This document shows positions 30,135 to 41,879 of a stretch of 64,000 bases of DNA, one piece after another. The stretch's first letter is position 1, and each line of letters opens with the position of its first letter. The stretch lies in the NCBI GenBank assembly GCA_046290225.1, contig JBKAGE010000078.1, forward strand, positions 288,001-352,000. Direction: 5' to 3'. This stretch comes from Bradymonadia bacterium. Its GTDB lineage: Bacteria > Myxococcota_A > Bradymonadia > UBA7976 > UBA1532. The position numbers and the translations under genes are program-made. A model generated the notes under the pieces. It did not search any database and was not told where the DNA came from. It saw only the letters and a list, made by a program, of their open reading frames with translations.

Positions 30135-30677
30135 ATGCCAGCTCGCCTCTCGGCCCCCTTCACCCTCTTCGCGTTGCTGCTCAGCCTCACCGGGTGCGGC
30201 GGCAGTCAAACCGCGTCCATACCGACGGAGCCTGTGGTGCAATACCTCAAGGGCGAGCTGGTCACGACCTCGCCCGACGGCAAACGCGCGTTTGGTCCTC
30301 CGGTGACCGTACTCGCCATGCGCACCGTCGATCCCGCCTCTGGCACCATCACCGAGCAGACCCGGCATGGTGTGGAGGCGCGCACGACGACGCTGCAGAG
30401 GCAGGGAGAGACCAACACCTTCGAGGCCACCGACAAGGCAGGCTCTTTCAAGGGCACCATCGCCTTCGGCGGGGCAGATTGGGCCATGGGGGCTGCCACC
30501 TATCAGATCTCCATGTCAGATGGGTCTGGCACCATCACTGGTCAGGGCACCTGGGCAGACAAGACCTATGTCACCGAGAAGGTCTTCTCTGATCCAAAGG
30601 GCACACCGAGGGCCAAGATGGTGGAGCGCCTCACCCTCGTTTCGAAGGCCGAGTACGATCAGGCGATGGCCCAATAA
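30135..30677 (+). CDS. Hypothetical lipoprotein
   Basis: Lipobox LTGC; beta-rich mature region. Confidence 0.75.
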   Translation: MPARLSAPFTLFALLLSLTGCGGSQTASIPTEPVVQYLKGELVTTSPDGKRAFGPPVTVLAMRTVDPASGTITEQTRHGVEARTTTLQRQGETNTFEATDKAGSFKGTIAFGGADWAMGAATYQISMSDGSGTITGQGTWADKTYVTEKVFSDPKGTPRAKMVERLTLVSKAEYDQAMAQ

Positions 30678-30681
30678 CATC

Positions 30682-31053
30682 ATGTCCGCACTCGTCCTCG
30701 CGCTACTGCTCTTGTCCGCGCTCATCCACCTGCTCCCCATGGTGGGCGTGCTGGGCCCCGCTCGCCTCCAGCGCCTCTATGGCGTGCCCGTCACCGATCC
30801 TACGCTGGCCCTGTCGATGCGACACCGTGCCATCATGTTCGGCGCCCTCGCGGGGCTGCTCATCGCCGGCGCCGTCGAGCCGCTGTGGCGTATGCCTGCC
30901 GTGGGCGCCACGCTGCTCAGCGATGTGGCCTTTCTCGTGCTCTGGCGCGTGACGCCGGGTGTGCACTCGGCGATGCGGAAGGTGGTCATCGCCGACGTGA
31001 TCTCCATCGTCTGCCTCGGGCTGGTTTTCGCTTTGCACTTCAGTGGCTTCTGA
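30682..31053 (+). CDS. Small four-helix membrane protein
   Basis: LIHLLP..GVLG..L..LYG..MRHRA..FG; start placed at ATG 30682. Confidence 0.75.
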   Translation: MSALVLALLLLSALIHLLPMVGVLGPARLQRLYGVPVTDPTLALSMRHRAIMFGALAGLLIAGAVEPLWRMPAVGATLLSDVAFLVLWRVTPGVHSAMRKVVIADVISIVCLGLVFALHFSGF

Positions 31054-31061
31054 GCCTCCGC

Positions 31062-31089
31062 TTGACAACACGAACGGTCGTACTATTTT
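31062..31089 (+). promoter_or_regulatory. Sigma70 promoter with overlapping TetR operator
   Basis: TTGACA at 31062-31067, TATTTT at 31084-31089, palindrome ACGAACGGTCGT between them. Confidence 0.7.
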
Positions 31090-31121
31090 TAAAGGCGTGA
31101 TCTTCTTCGAGAGGCTTCCTC

Positions 31122-31715
31122 ATGAGCAAAGGCGCCGAGACCCGTGACACCATCCTCGCCCGAGCGATGGATCTGGGCAGCACGGTGGGTCTCGTGGGCC
31201 TCACCATCGGTGAGCTGGCCAAGCAAGTGGGCATGTCGAAGAGCGGACTCTACGCCCACTTCAACTCCAAAGAAGATCTGCAGCGCTCGGTCCTCGAGGC
31301 CGCTGCGGCCCACTTCACCGCCCGGGTGCTCCGCCCTGCCATCCAAGCGCCCCGAGGAGAGCCCCGCGTCCGGGCCCTCTTCGATCGCTGGATGGCGTGG
31401 AGCAGCACCGATCTCAAGGGTGGCTGCCTCTTCATCACCGCCTCCATCGAGTTCGACGATCGAGACACCGTGGTGCGCAGCTATGTGAAGCGCCGCGTGC
31501 AGGAGACTCAGCAGGTCATCGCCCGAGCGGCGGAGATCGCCGTAGAGGAGGGGCACTTCGACGCCCAGCTCGACGTGGGCAGCTTCGCCTTCGAGTTCTG
31601 GGGCATCCTGCTCTCGTTCCACAACTACAGCCGACTGCTCGACGACGCCTCTGCCCGCGAAAAAGCCCTCGGCGCCCTCGAAGCACTCATTCTCCGCGCT
31701 CGCCCTTCGACCTGA
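31122..31715 (+). CDS. TetR/AcrR regulator
   Basis: GLTIGELAKQVGMSKSGLYAHFNSKEDLQ; GGCLF..EFDD. Confidence 0.93.
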   Translation: MSKGAETRDTILARAMDLGSTVGLVGLTIGELAKQVGMSKSGLYAHFNSKEDLQRSVLEAAAAHFTARVLRPAIQAPRGEPRVRALFDRWMAWSSTDLKGGCLFITASIEFDDRDTVVRSYVKRRVQETQQVIARAAEIAVEEGHFDAQLDVGSFAFEFWGILLSFHNYSRLLDDASAREKALGALEALILRARPST

Positions 31716-31760
31716 CACACTGATGCAGATTCACCCTCACCCCACACAGGAGCCCTTGTC

Positions 31761-32621
31761 ATGGCACAAAAAAGCACGAACGTTCGGATGATTCAGCTCG
31801 CAGCAGGCCCCCTCTCCACGGTGGCCCCCAACACCAGCGCGCGGTTGCTGGCCCACCTGTTCACCTCCCCTACCCGACGGCGCCGCCCTAGCCGCGAGCG
31901 GGCGTGGCTCAAAGACGCGACGTCTTTCAAAGTGCTCTTCGATCACCGCCGCCACCTCGTGATCCACCGCTGGGGCAAGGGCCCGGTGATCTTGCTGGTC
32001 CACGGCTGGGCGGGTCGGGGCAGTCAGCTCGGCGCCCTGGTGGAGCCGCTGGTGTCACAAGGCTTCACGGTGGTGGCCTTCGACGCCCCCGCCCATGGCC
32101 GCGCCGACGGCCGAAACACCGCCCTGCCGGAGTTTGCTCAGGCCATCCGACACGTGGCGAGCATCGTGGGGCCTGTTCACGGGCTCGTGGCGCACTCCAT
32201 GGGGGCCGCGGCGACCTCGGTGGCCATCGCTCAGGGGCTCGATGTTGAGCGGCTGGTGTACATCGCTCCGCCGGAGAACCCCGAGCGCTACCTACACTCG
32301 GCAGCGCGCTGGCTGGGCTTCGACGAGCGTGTGGCAACCCTGGCGAAGCTGCGCCTGGAGAGCCGATATGGCCTGCGCTTCGATCAGGCTCGGGGGAGCA
32401 ACCTCACGGGTCAGTTCACAGCGCCGCTGCTGGTGATTCACGATGCTGGTGACGAGGATGTGCCCCATACAGAGGGTGAGCGTCTGGTGGCGAGTTGGCC
32501 CGGTGCCCGGCTGATGACGACGCAGGGTCTGGGGCACCGCCGTATATTACGGGATCCGAAGGTGCTGATGGCGGTGGTGGACGAGATGGTGGAGCCAGAG
32601 GAGGCTCAGGTGGCCTCCTGA
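31761..32621 (+). CDS. Alpha/beta hydrolase
   Basis: LVHGW, FDAPAHG, AHSMG nucleophile, IHD..D and GLGHRRIL. Confidence 0.92.
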   Translation: MAQKSTNVRMIQLAAGPLSTVAPNTSARLLAHLFTSPTRRRRPSRERAWLKDATSFKVLFDHRRHLVIHRWGKGPVILLVHGWAGRGSQLGALVEPLVSQGFTVVAFDAPAHGRADGRNTALPEFAQAIRHVASIVGPVHGLVAHSMGAAATSVAIAQGLDVERLVYIAPPENPERYLHSAARWLGFDERVATLAKLRLESRYGLRFDQARGSNLTGQFTAPLLVIHDAGDEDVPHTEGERLVASWPGARLMTTQGLGHRRILRDPKVLMAVVDEMVEPEEAQVAS

Positions 32622-34303
32622 GGAGGCTGCCATGGGATGCGTTTGCCATTCTTGAAGATCCGCCTTGGAGGATATTGGATGGGGAGACCAAGGCGCACGA
32701 GAGTCCAATAGTGCCTCACGGTGCTACAGATGAGAACCCGTCCCATAGATACATACACGCGTTCTACATATGGCGGCCACGTCTCACGTGGCCGAGTTTC
32801 CAGGACAATGAGCGCAGTGGCTCTGATTCGATCATCTCCGCTCTTCAACCCCATGCGAACAAGCTGCCACCCCATCCCGGGGTGATCTCTCAAGGCTCTC
32901 AGCACAACATTCAGTGGAGAGGCAGGACCAGTGATACCACCGGCCCCCTGCATCAAACGCAATTCTGCAACGCGCAGAGCTGCGCTTAACCTCTCTTCGG
33001 TGTCGGCACACCCGAAATATCGACCCCACCACCCCCCTGAAGCCTGCATGTGTTGATGTATATATGGCCAGGGATCAATCTGATAGAGACCCTTGCCAAG
33101 GTAGAATGCAGCCTCAAAGTCGCCTGTGGGGTTCTCAAGCTGCGCCCTGACCATCGCCTTCCAGCCAGGCCTTTCGAGCAAACATGAAATGCTGGCCTGT
33201 AGGCGCTCTCGTACAGCTTGGGACCAGCCAGCTTGGAACAACCTGCGTCTGGCCACGATTGACTCTCGAGACATGTGGTGGAGGGTTCCCTTGAGGCTGT
33301 GCATGATCCGCAGGGTCTCGAAAGAGGGTTCTGGCCGAACGCTCAAATGATAGAGGATACGCTCATACACGATGGGTCCATGTCGGTAGCTCATGAGCCC
33401 TTCTCCCCTCATGCCTGTCATGTTGAGCCCGACAATGATCTGGGCAGAAGCAGCGAACGCAGCATCTGATATCGACGGCTGTGCCAACACGTTGTGCACC
33501 GCTGCTCCCTCAGCACACGACCTGGGATATGAGTCATACGCCTCGTAGCTGCCCAACCCCTCGAACAAGATCCACCGTTGAATCTCCGGATTGGTTGTCC
33601 AGCGCATATGAGGGACAGCCAAGGGGCTGTGTTTGCCGTGCCTCTTTACCAGAGCCATGAGATGGCTATCAGGTCTCATTTTCTGGGGCCAACGGCCCAG
33701 AACTTTGTAGATCGCGTAAATTCCAGGGACCTCAATGGCCAGGTCGAAGATGGCGAGGTGACGTAGATCTGGGGTCACGCCCATCAAAATGATGGCCCAA
33801 TGGAGGACCACACGGTCGATGGCCTGCTCGGCGAGCCTGAGCGAGAGCCGGCTCAATCTCTCTTTGTGGACAGGTGAGAGCGACCTGAGAGATCGCCAAA
33901 TGGACTCGCACATGAACCATGGGTCTACCTTGCTCATGCACCAGTAGAGCTGTTCGACCTCTCTGACGTCTTTGAGGGCCCGCTTCAACTGCGCGAGCGC
34001 GGCCCCCAGGGCGGCGGGCTCTCGGAATTGTCGATGCCTGTCAAGGTGTCTGTATCGTCTTTCATCTGGCCATGCTCCGTGGCTACGCCCAGACCTTCGA
34101 CGTATGCGCACGCATTCCAACATCGGTACACATCGACCTTCGAACACCAAAGGCCATGACTCCAGATCCCACTCCGGTGAGACCTGCACACTCTCTGATT
34201 GTGACATGCATCGATCGAGCGCTTTGGGCTCGATAATTGGCTGGGAGCTCGTCAGACTCTTCATCTGACTTGAACTCGGGTGGGTGTGGTGAAACGTCAC
34301 CAC
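32606..34303 (-). CDS. Hypothetical alpha-helical protein (start uncertain)
   Basis: Long ORF in a visibly lower-GC stretch; HEAT-like C-terminus (GLKSGDDRIRATALIVLE). Confidence 0.6.
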   Translation of the reverse strand: MVTFHHTHPSSSQMKSLTSSQPIIEPKALDRCMSQSESVQVSPEWDLESWPLVFEGRCVPMLECVRIRRRSGRSHGAWPDERRYRHLDRHRQFREPAALGAALAQLKRALKDVREVEQLYWCMSKVDPWFMCESIWRSLRSLSPVHKERLSRLSLRLAEQAIDRVVLHWAIILMGVTPDLRHLAIFDLAIEVPGIYAIYKVLGRWPQKMRPDSHLMALVKRHGKHSPLAVPHMRWTTNPEIQRWILFEGLGSYEAYDSYPRSCAEGAAVHNVLAQPSISDAAFAASAQIIVGLNMTGMRGEGLMSYRHGPIVYERILYHLSVRPEPSFETLRIMHSLKGTLHHMSRESIVARRRLFQAGWSQAVRERLQASISCLLERPGWKAMVRAQLENPTGDFEAAFYLGKGLYQIDPWPYIHQHMQASGGWWGRYFGCADTEERLSAALRVAELRLMQGAGGITGPASPLNVVLRALRDHPGMGWQLVRMGLKSGDDRIRATALIVLETRPRETWPPYVERVYVSMGRVLICSTVRHYWTLVRLGLPIQYPPRRIFKNGKRIPWQPPQEAT

Positions 34304-34421
34304 GAATCAAACCTACCCGATTGACCAGCCTCGCGCCACCCGATGCCATGTCAATAAAACGTGAGCCCCAGCTTCGACTGCGGTAGACAGCACCTCCACT
34401 GACCCTCCCGAGGACGACCCC

Positions 34422-34979
34422 ATGACCACCGGCCGACTGCGCGTGTACATCGCTTGCTCCCTCGACGGCTTCATCGCCGGCACAGACAGCGATCTCTCCT
34501 GGCTCCCCGGCGCCGATGGTGGCACCGCAGATGCCGACTCTGGCGACGCCATCACCTACGGGCAGTTCATGGGCGATGTCGGCGCCATGCTCATGGGCCG
34601 GCAGACCTACGATGTCGTCTCCGGGTTTGGTGGCCCCTGGCCCTATGGCGACACCCCTGTGCTCGTGGCCACCCACCGAGCCCTCGAAGACGCCCCCGAC
34701 TCAGTACAGGCCGTGAGCGGTGATTTCTCCGACCTCGTGGCTCAGGCGCTCACCCGCGCTGGTGGCAAGGATGTGTACCTCGACGGCGGCGCCCTTGTGC
34801 GACAAGCCCTCGAGCTCGACCTCGTCGATCAGGCCATCGTCACCGTAGTGCCGGTCATCCTCGGTGAGGGCGTACCCCTGTTCGCGGGCCTTCGACAGCG
34901 CAAGGCCATGCAGTTCGACGCCGTGCATCGATATGGCGAGATGGTGCAGTGGGTACTCTCGCGGGCAACAACCGTGTAG
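34422..34979 (+). CDS. Dihydrofolate reductase family (RibD C-terminal) protein
   Basis: YIACSLDGFIA, LMGRQTYD, YLDGG and PVILGEGVPLF. Confidence 0.92.
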   Translation: MTTGRLRVYIACSLDGFIAGTDSDLSWLPGADGGTADADSGDAITYGQFMGDVGAMLMGRQTYDVVSGFGGPWPYGDTPVLVATHRALEDAPDSVQAVSGDFSDLVAQALTRAGGKDVYLDGGALVRQALELDLVDQAIVTVVPVILGEGVPLFAGLRQRKAMQFDAVHRYGEMVQWVLSRATTV

Positions 34980-35068
34980 TATCGCGCGATTTTGATCTGG
35001 GCCCACAGAGTGGAACGCCCTTTTATATTTGAATCCCGCTCCTCGATGGAGCAGCCAGCCATCACCTG

Positions 35069-36751
<1,683 letters not shown>

Positions 36752-36928
36752 GTGCCCATCGTCCTCCCCTGCCTCTCCGAGCTTTTTTCCAAGTCTTCTG
36801 AGACAGATGACTCACCCGAGCGGTCTTGAAAACAGAAGGCTCGGGGGGAGCCCCCCACAACCCACCACACATGATGTCGAGCTTGCCTGGGATGCGGGTC
36901 CGAGGTGCGCTCTGGTGATCGCCAGATC

Positions 36929-37252
36929 ATGCCGGTGGACCACACTGCGCTCAGGGGAGAGATCATGCAGTTTGCTCAGTCGTCACCACAGCCGCTTCAC
37001 AGCTTCGAAGTCATGATGTCTTCGATGCGGGTGGCGCTCGAAGAGATCGGTCTACCCAGAGGCCTCGTGCGCGACCGACATCGATGGGCGTGGTTCGTCG
37101 CCACCGGGGTCGACGCTGAAGATGGCTGGTCCCTCGATGACCTCTATCCACTGGAGGTCCACGCCCTACGGCAATGCCTGCACATGCACTGCGCCGATCG
37201 GAACTGGCCTGTGGTGGAGCTGCTCAAGGAAAGGCTGCGAGCAGTCAGGTGA
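36929..37252 (+). CDS. Hypothetical protein
   Basis: Fills the gap between co-oriented genes; no motif recognised. Confidence 0.4.
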   Translation: MPVDHTALRGEIMQFAQSSPQPLHSFEVMMSSMRVALEEIGLPRGLVRDRHRWAWFVATGVDAEDGWSLDDLYPLEVHALRQCLHMHCADRNWPVVELLKERLRAVR

Positions 37253-37332
37253 CCCCCAGGGCACTCAGGCGCTCGCCATTGCCTGGCCCTCGCCACTTGC
37301 GGTCTGCCTCTGCCCACGGTATCCGTCCACTC

Positions 37333-38004
37333 ATGAGCGGACTCATCTACATCCTGATCGGTGCCGGTGTCGCTGGAGGGGTTGTGGCCTTCCTGATGAC
37401 CCGCAAGCAGAAAGAACAACAGGCTCGGCGAGATGCACGCGACGCAGCGGTGCACAGCGCCGAAGCCACCAACGACATCACCCAGGTGGGCCCTGGGGGC
37501 GTGATCAAACTGCCCCCCTTCGGCGATCAGCTGGGCCCGGTGGAGACCCACGTGGTCACCCGCCATCGTATGGTGGACGACGACGACATGCCCTTCTATG
37601 CCCTGGAGTGTGAGCACGGCGCTCGCACCCTCACGGTGGAGTGGTCCCGAGAGGGCGGTGATCTCTACGTGGTGGCGGGCTACGAAGATGGTCAGCCCAA
37701 GCTACGTGATCTCGGCCTCGAGGAAGACGACCTCGTGCGCATGGACGATCGGGAGAAGGGCAAGTTCGAGTGGGACGGCACCACCTGGCACTATGAGTAC
37801 TCCGGTGAGGTGACCTACTACGCCGACGACGGGACTCAAGGCGAGGTCTATTACGCCTGGGAATTCGAGAGCGACGACGAGAAGCGCTACGTGAGCATCG
37901 AACGCTGGAAGCGCGATCGGGGCTACGGCGTCTACGTCACCCACGCCATCAAGCCGCAGCGCATCGAGGTCTTCGAGGCGGGCGAGATCAAAGGCCAGGC
38001 CTGA
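37333..38004 (+). CDS. Membrane-anchored DUF4178-like protein
   Basis: N-terminal TM helix; FEWDGTTWHY.YSGE..YYAWEFE..YVSIERW. Confidence 0.7.
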   Translation: MSGLIYILIGAGVAGGVVAFLMTRKQKEQQARRDARDAAVHSAEATNDITQVGPGGVIKLPPFGDQLGPVETHVVTRHRMVDDDDMPFYALECEHGARTLTVEWSREGGDLYVVAGYEDGQPKLRDLGLEEDDLVRMDDREKGKFEWDGTTWHYEYSGEVTYYADDGTQGEVYYAWEFESDDEKRYVSIERWKRDRGYGVYVTHAIKPQRIEVFEAGEIKGQA

Positions 38005-38007
38005 GCG

Positions 38008-38634
38008 ATGAAGCTGCCCCACAACAGAGAGCGGGTGGCAGCGTTGCGCACCCCCACCGTCGAGGATCCCTGGCGCATCCTGATGTCGGGCTGCCTCTTT
38101 GGCCTGCCCTGCGGGGTCTATGGCGATGACTATGGGCTCTCAGGTCATCAGCCCACCTGGCTCACAGATCAGCGTGTGTCTCTCATCCCCTTCTGCCCCG
38201 AAGCCTACGAGATGGGCGTACCCCGGGGCATGCCCGATTTGCACGGTGGCGATGGCGAAGCGGTCCTCGATGGCACAGCCCGCATGCTCGACGAGCACGG
38301 CAATGATCTCACTGACCAGATGATTGCAGGCGCCGAGGCCATGGTCGCAGTGGCCAAAGCCCATCAGGTCGACTTCGCGCTGCTCATCGATCGCAGCGGC
38401 GCCTGTGGCAGCCAGGTCATCTCCATCGGATGTCGCTTCGAAGAGCCGGTGGTCTACCAAAAGGGCTCTGGTGTCGCTGCGGCCCTTCTGCTGCGCAATG
38501 GCATCGACGTGGTCAGCCAGAGGGATTTCTACACGCTCGGTCTGCTCGGCGCCCGACTCGACCCGTCTTATGGCCCGGCGCCCGAGGCCAAGGACCACCA
38601 CGAACACCCTTGGGTTCTGGCCAACCTGCCCTGA
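38008..38634 (+). CDS. DUF523 / 2-thiouracil desulfurase (TudS)-like Fe-S protein
   Basis: SGCLFGLPC, FCPE..GVPR, RSGACGS and GSGVAAALL. Confidence 0.85.
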   Translation: MKLPHNRERVAALRTPTVEDPWRILMSGCLFGLPCGVYGDDYGLSGHQPTWLTDQRVSLIPFCPEAYEMGVPRGMPDLHGGDGEAVLDGTARMLDEHGNDLTDQMIAGAEAMVAVAKAHQVDFALLIDRSGACGSQVISIGCRFEEPVVYQKGSGVAAALLLRNGIDVVSQRDFYTLGLLGARLDPSYGPAPEAKDHHEHPWVLANLP

Positions 38635-38642
38635 AGCCTTCG

Positions 38643-38684
38643 CCAGAATCACTGCCCCAGAATCACAGCCCCAGAGTCACTGCC
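38643..38684. repeat. 14-bp tandem repeat x3 between convergent genes
   Basis: CCAGAATCACTGCC / CCAGAATCACAGCC / CCAGAGTCACTGCC. Confidence 0.85.
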
Positions 38685-39519
38685 CCAAACTCATCGGCGG
38701 GCGCTTCCGACCAGAGCTGTGTGACCTGCCTGTAGCGTGACAGCTGTAACTGTCTTTCAGCGCGCACGCTCGCTGACGCCAGCGTTCCGCCTCCAGTGGG
38801 CTCTTCGGGGTGCCAAGCCCTAGATGATGGGCGAGGAAGACCTGACGACAGTAGGCAGCATCGCCTTGCTCACACTGTTGCTGACACCAGGCGAGATCGT
38901 CACCACAGGTCAGCTTGAGCAGCTGATCACACGCTGCCTCTGCATAGCAGTTGCGCACACAGGCCTGAGCTTGAACGTCGAGCAGTGGGGTGCCAGGCAC
39001 TGGCGTGAGCTCTTCGAGAGGCCAATGACACATCCTGTTGGAGAAGCGGCCGTGGTCGTGAGGCTTCACCCGCTCGGGCAGGTAGATCGTAAGGCTACAG
39101 CCCCGAGCCTGGCTGAGCACCTGACATCCATGCCTCAACAGCTCGAGCCCCGAACGTCGCTTCGACTCGGTGGGCTCAGAGGCGTAGATCCGGTCGACAG
39201 CGAGCTCCAGGCAATGTTGTGGGCTCCCCTGCGCGCACGCTGCCTCGCAGGGCCCCTCGTCCATGCAGCTGACGGAGGCCGCCCTGGCTTCTCTGAGCGC
39301 CTCAACCTTTGCCTTGTCGTATTGCCGCTCTGTGTACGCCCTGGCGTTCTCGCACGCCCAGGCCTCACCGTCTCGGCACACCTTGAGGCAATCCAGGATG
39401 GCCTCCGTCGAGGCGAAGGGCTTGTCGTCGTAGGCTTTGCAGGTGAACTCGGCGTCAGGACCCAGAATGCCGCACCCCGAGAAGCTCAGCGTCGCGGCGA
39501 CGAGGGCCCAGGTGCGCAT
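38677..39519 (-). CDS. Cys-rich Sel1-like repeat lipoprotein
   Basis: Lipobox FSGC; ACAQGSPQHC and CEQGDAAYC..GLGTPKS..A..W..RAC. Confidence 0.7.
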   Translation of the reverse strand: MRTWALVAATLSFSGCGILGPDAEFTCKAYDDKPFASTEAILDCLKVCRDGEAWACENARAYTERQYDKAKVEALREARAASVSCMDEGPCEAACAQGSPQHCLELAVDRIYASEPTESKRRSGLELLRHGCQVLSQARGCSLTIYLPERVKPHDHGRFSNRMCHWPLEELTPVPGTPLLDVQAQACVRNCYAEAACDQLLKLTCGDDLAWCQQQCEQGDAAYCRQVFLAHHLGLGTPKSPLEAERWRQRACALKDSYSCHATGRSHSSGRKRPPMSLGQ

Positions 39520-41669
39520 CAGCGCTTGGAGAGGTTGAGGCCGCCGGTGAAGGCGTAGCTCACGAAGTCATCGAAGGCCACCACCAGGATCCCGAAGTTC
39601 TGGTTGCCGGTGACCCGGTGGGGTCCGTCTTCGATGGCGAGATGCAGGAACACCCGCTCGCTGCCAGGGATCGCCTCGGCACCCGCGAGATCGACCGGGG
39701 CGCCATCGAGCTGAATCTGAGCATCGGCGTTGGCGATGATGGTGAGGAAGTCGTTCTCGTAGGTGTCGGGCACCAGGAACGCGTAGTCGTTGCGGTACTG
39801 ACGATCCGGGGGCACCAGGAAGATGGCCGGATCACCTGCAGCTGCGCCGAAGGCCTGGTTCACCCCCGTGCTCTCCTGGCCACTGATGATGCCCATGATC
39901 ATCAGCGGGTTGTTGGCGTTGAGGGCCACGGGAGACCGGGTACCGAACTCACACACCTGGTTCGCTGCCAGGGCAATGGCCCCTTCGGCGTTCACCATGT
40001 CGACGCAGTTGGGCACCTCGGAGAAGCCGGGGTTCCGAGGCGCGAGCTCGGCGAGGGGCACGCTGGGGAAGATGCGCGTGTTGTCTGCCCGGGCGGCGAT
40101 CTTCCAGTAGATCGCCTCTGTGGCGGTGTCGGGGTTCGGAGCCCGGATGACGGGGGGCACCAGCACGAAATTTTGGCCCCAGGTGCTCGTGGGGAACAGC
40201 TGCTCCTCGAGGTGATCGCAGGCGCCCTGAGCTTCGGGGTAGTTGGTGCACTCGTGGCTCGAGAACACCGCCACAGGCTCGGTGGAGGTGATGCGGGCGC
40301 CGCTGAGATCGACGCCGATGGCGGGGCCGAAGCCCATCTGCACCGGCAGACCGCTCAGGAGCGTGGCCACCTCGTTCTCCTGCAGCACAATGGAGGCCTG
40401 GTTGCCCTGGATGTTGATGCGGCCGGTGTTGTCGGGCAGCAGGCTGGCACCAGGGGGCAGCTGTACGGTGACCCCGGTGTTGTCCCGGGTGGCGCCGATC
40501 ACGATGGCGGCGGGGGTACCCTCGGCCAACGGGTTGAGCGGGCTCTGCCACGAGGGCACACCGAGGTAGACATAGTCCACCCCGAGGGCGCTGGTGGGGA
40601 ACAACAGGCTGGCATCGTTGGAGAAGCTGAAGTTGCAGCAGTACGGGTTGAACTGATAGGCCGCCACGGGCTGATCGGTCTGCACACGATAGCCCTGGCT
40701 GCGCACCCCGGAGTTCCGGTTCACGAGGCCATTGCGGGTGAGCAACAGCGTGGCGAGGCCCCCAGGGGGCACCTCGAGGTTGTCAGCCTGGTTGAGGCCC
40801 ATCTGCACCACCTGGCCGCCGGCGTCGCGGACCTCGGTCCGCACCGTGACAGGCTGGTACAGCCCCTGAATGTCGGGGATGTTCGGCGGGGACACCTGGG
40901 CCTGACTCACCAGAGGGGCCAGATTGCCATTGGCGCCGAAGACCGACACCCTCACGGGGTTCACAGTGTCCGGGTTGGTGATGACCACCCCCGTGGGTGA
41001 GTTCGGCGTGGTGCCGCCGGTTTGAGAGAACGCTGCGTTGGGCAGGTCGAGGGCGAGGTAGTCGCAGCCCAGGTAGCTGTTGCTGCCCTCTGCCTCGGCA
41101 CAGCCTCGGCTGCTGCACACGCCGCCTTCGGTGCACACCGTGCCGTCGGTGCAGGTGTCGAGGGGGGTCCAGCCCACACCGGGATCACACTCCGCGGGCT
41201 GATCGAGCCCGAGGCAGATACGCTCCCCCGGCTGGCAGTCGGCGGGATCTGGCACACACTCCCCGCTGATGCACACACGCTCGGCACTACAGGGCTCCAG
41301 CGTCCAGGTGCCGTTGGGCAGACAGACCTCTCTGACGTTGTCGCCCTCGCGGAGGCAACGGCGCTCACCTGGACGACAGTCCCCGGCGATCTCACCGCCA
41401 GCGCCGCCCATGCCACCAGGACCGCCGCCTCCTTGAGCGCCAGCGCCGCCAGCTCCGCCTTCAGCGCCGGCGCCACCCTGGCCACCAGCGCCGCCCACGG
41501 CAGCGTCGGGGTTGCCGATGGGCGGTGGACCACCACCCATGTCGAAGAGCGAACGATTTTCGCCCATGTCGGGGGTCTCCACCGTCCCTGCGGCTTCGTT
41601 CTCGTCTTTGCACCCGACCATCAGGCCAGGCAGTGCGAGCGCCACCCATACTGGCAGCCATCTCTTCAT
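39519..41669 (-). CDS. IgGFc-binding domain lipoprotein with Cys-rich repeats
   Basis: Lipobox MVGC; SYLGCDY, PVAAYQFNP, SNDASLLFP, CDHLEEQLFP..WG and VSYAFTGGLNL. Confidence 0.88.
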   Translation of the reverse strand: MKRWLPVWVALALPGLMVGCKDENEAAGTVETPDMGENRSLFDMGGGPPPIGNPDAAVGGAGGQGGAGAEGGAGGAGAQGGGGPGGMGGAGGEIAGDCRPGERRCLREGDNVREVCLPNGTWTLEPCSAERVCISGECVPDPADCQPGERICLGLDQPAECDPGVGWTPLDTCTDGTVCTEGGVCSSRGCAEAEGSNSYLGCDYLALDLPNAAFSQTGGTTPNSPTGVVITNPDTVNPVRVSVFGANGNLAPLVSQAQVSPPNIPDIQGLYQPVTVRTEVRDAGGQVVQMGLNQADNLEVPPGGLATLLLTRNGLVNRNSGVRSQGYRVQTDQPVAAYQFNPYCCNFSFSNDASLLFPTSALGVDYVYLGVPSWQSPLNPLAEGTPAAIVIGATRDNTGVTVQLPPGASLLPDNTGRINIQGNQASIVLQENEVATLLSGLPVQMGFGPAIGVDLSGARITSTEPVAVFSSHECTNYPEAQGACDHLEEQLFPTSTWGQNFVLVPPVIRAPNPDTATEAIYWKIAARADNTRIFPSVPLAELAPRNPGFSEVPNCVDMVNAEGAIALAANQVCEFGTRSPVALNANNPLMIMGIISGQESTGVNQAFGAAAGDPAIFLVPPDRQYRNDYAFLVPDTYENDFLTIIANADAQIQLDGAPVDLAGAEAIPGSERVFLHLAIEDGPHRVTGNQNFGILVVAFDDFVSYAFTGGLNLSKR

Positions 41670-41879
41670 GGACCGTTCTCCGAGGTGATGTCAGCGCACC
41701 ACAGCAGGCCGTTTCGAGGCTCTGCGCTGCAGCGATTACAGTGCTGATACGCCAGAATTCGGGGGACTGTAGCAGGGGGGGTGTGAGTGGGGAAAGTGCA
41801 GCTGAATGCCCGGGGGGTTCGCGCAGCTGGGAGATCCTGACAGAACAGCGAAGACGCTGTGGCTTCAGGATCTCTTAAA

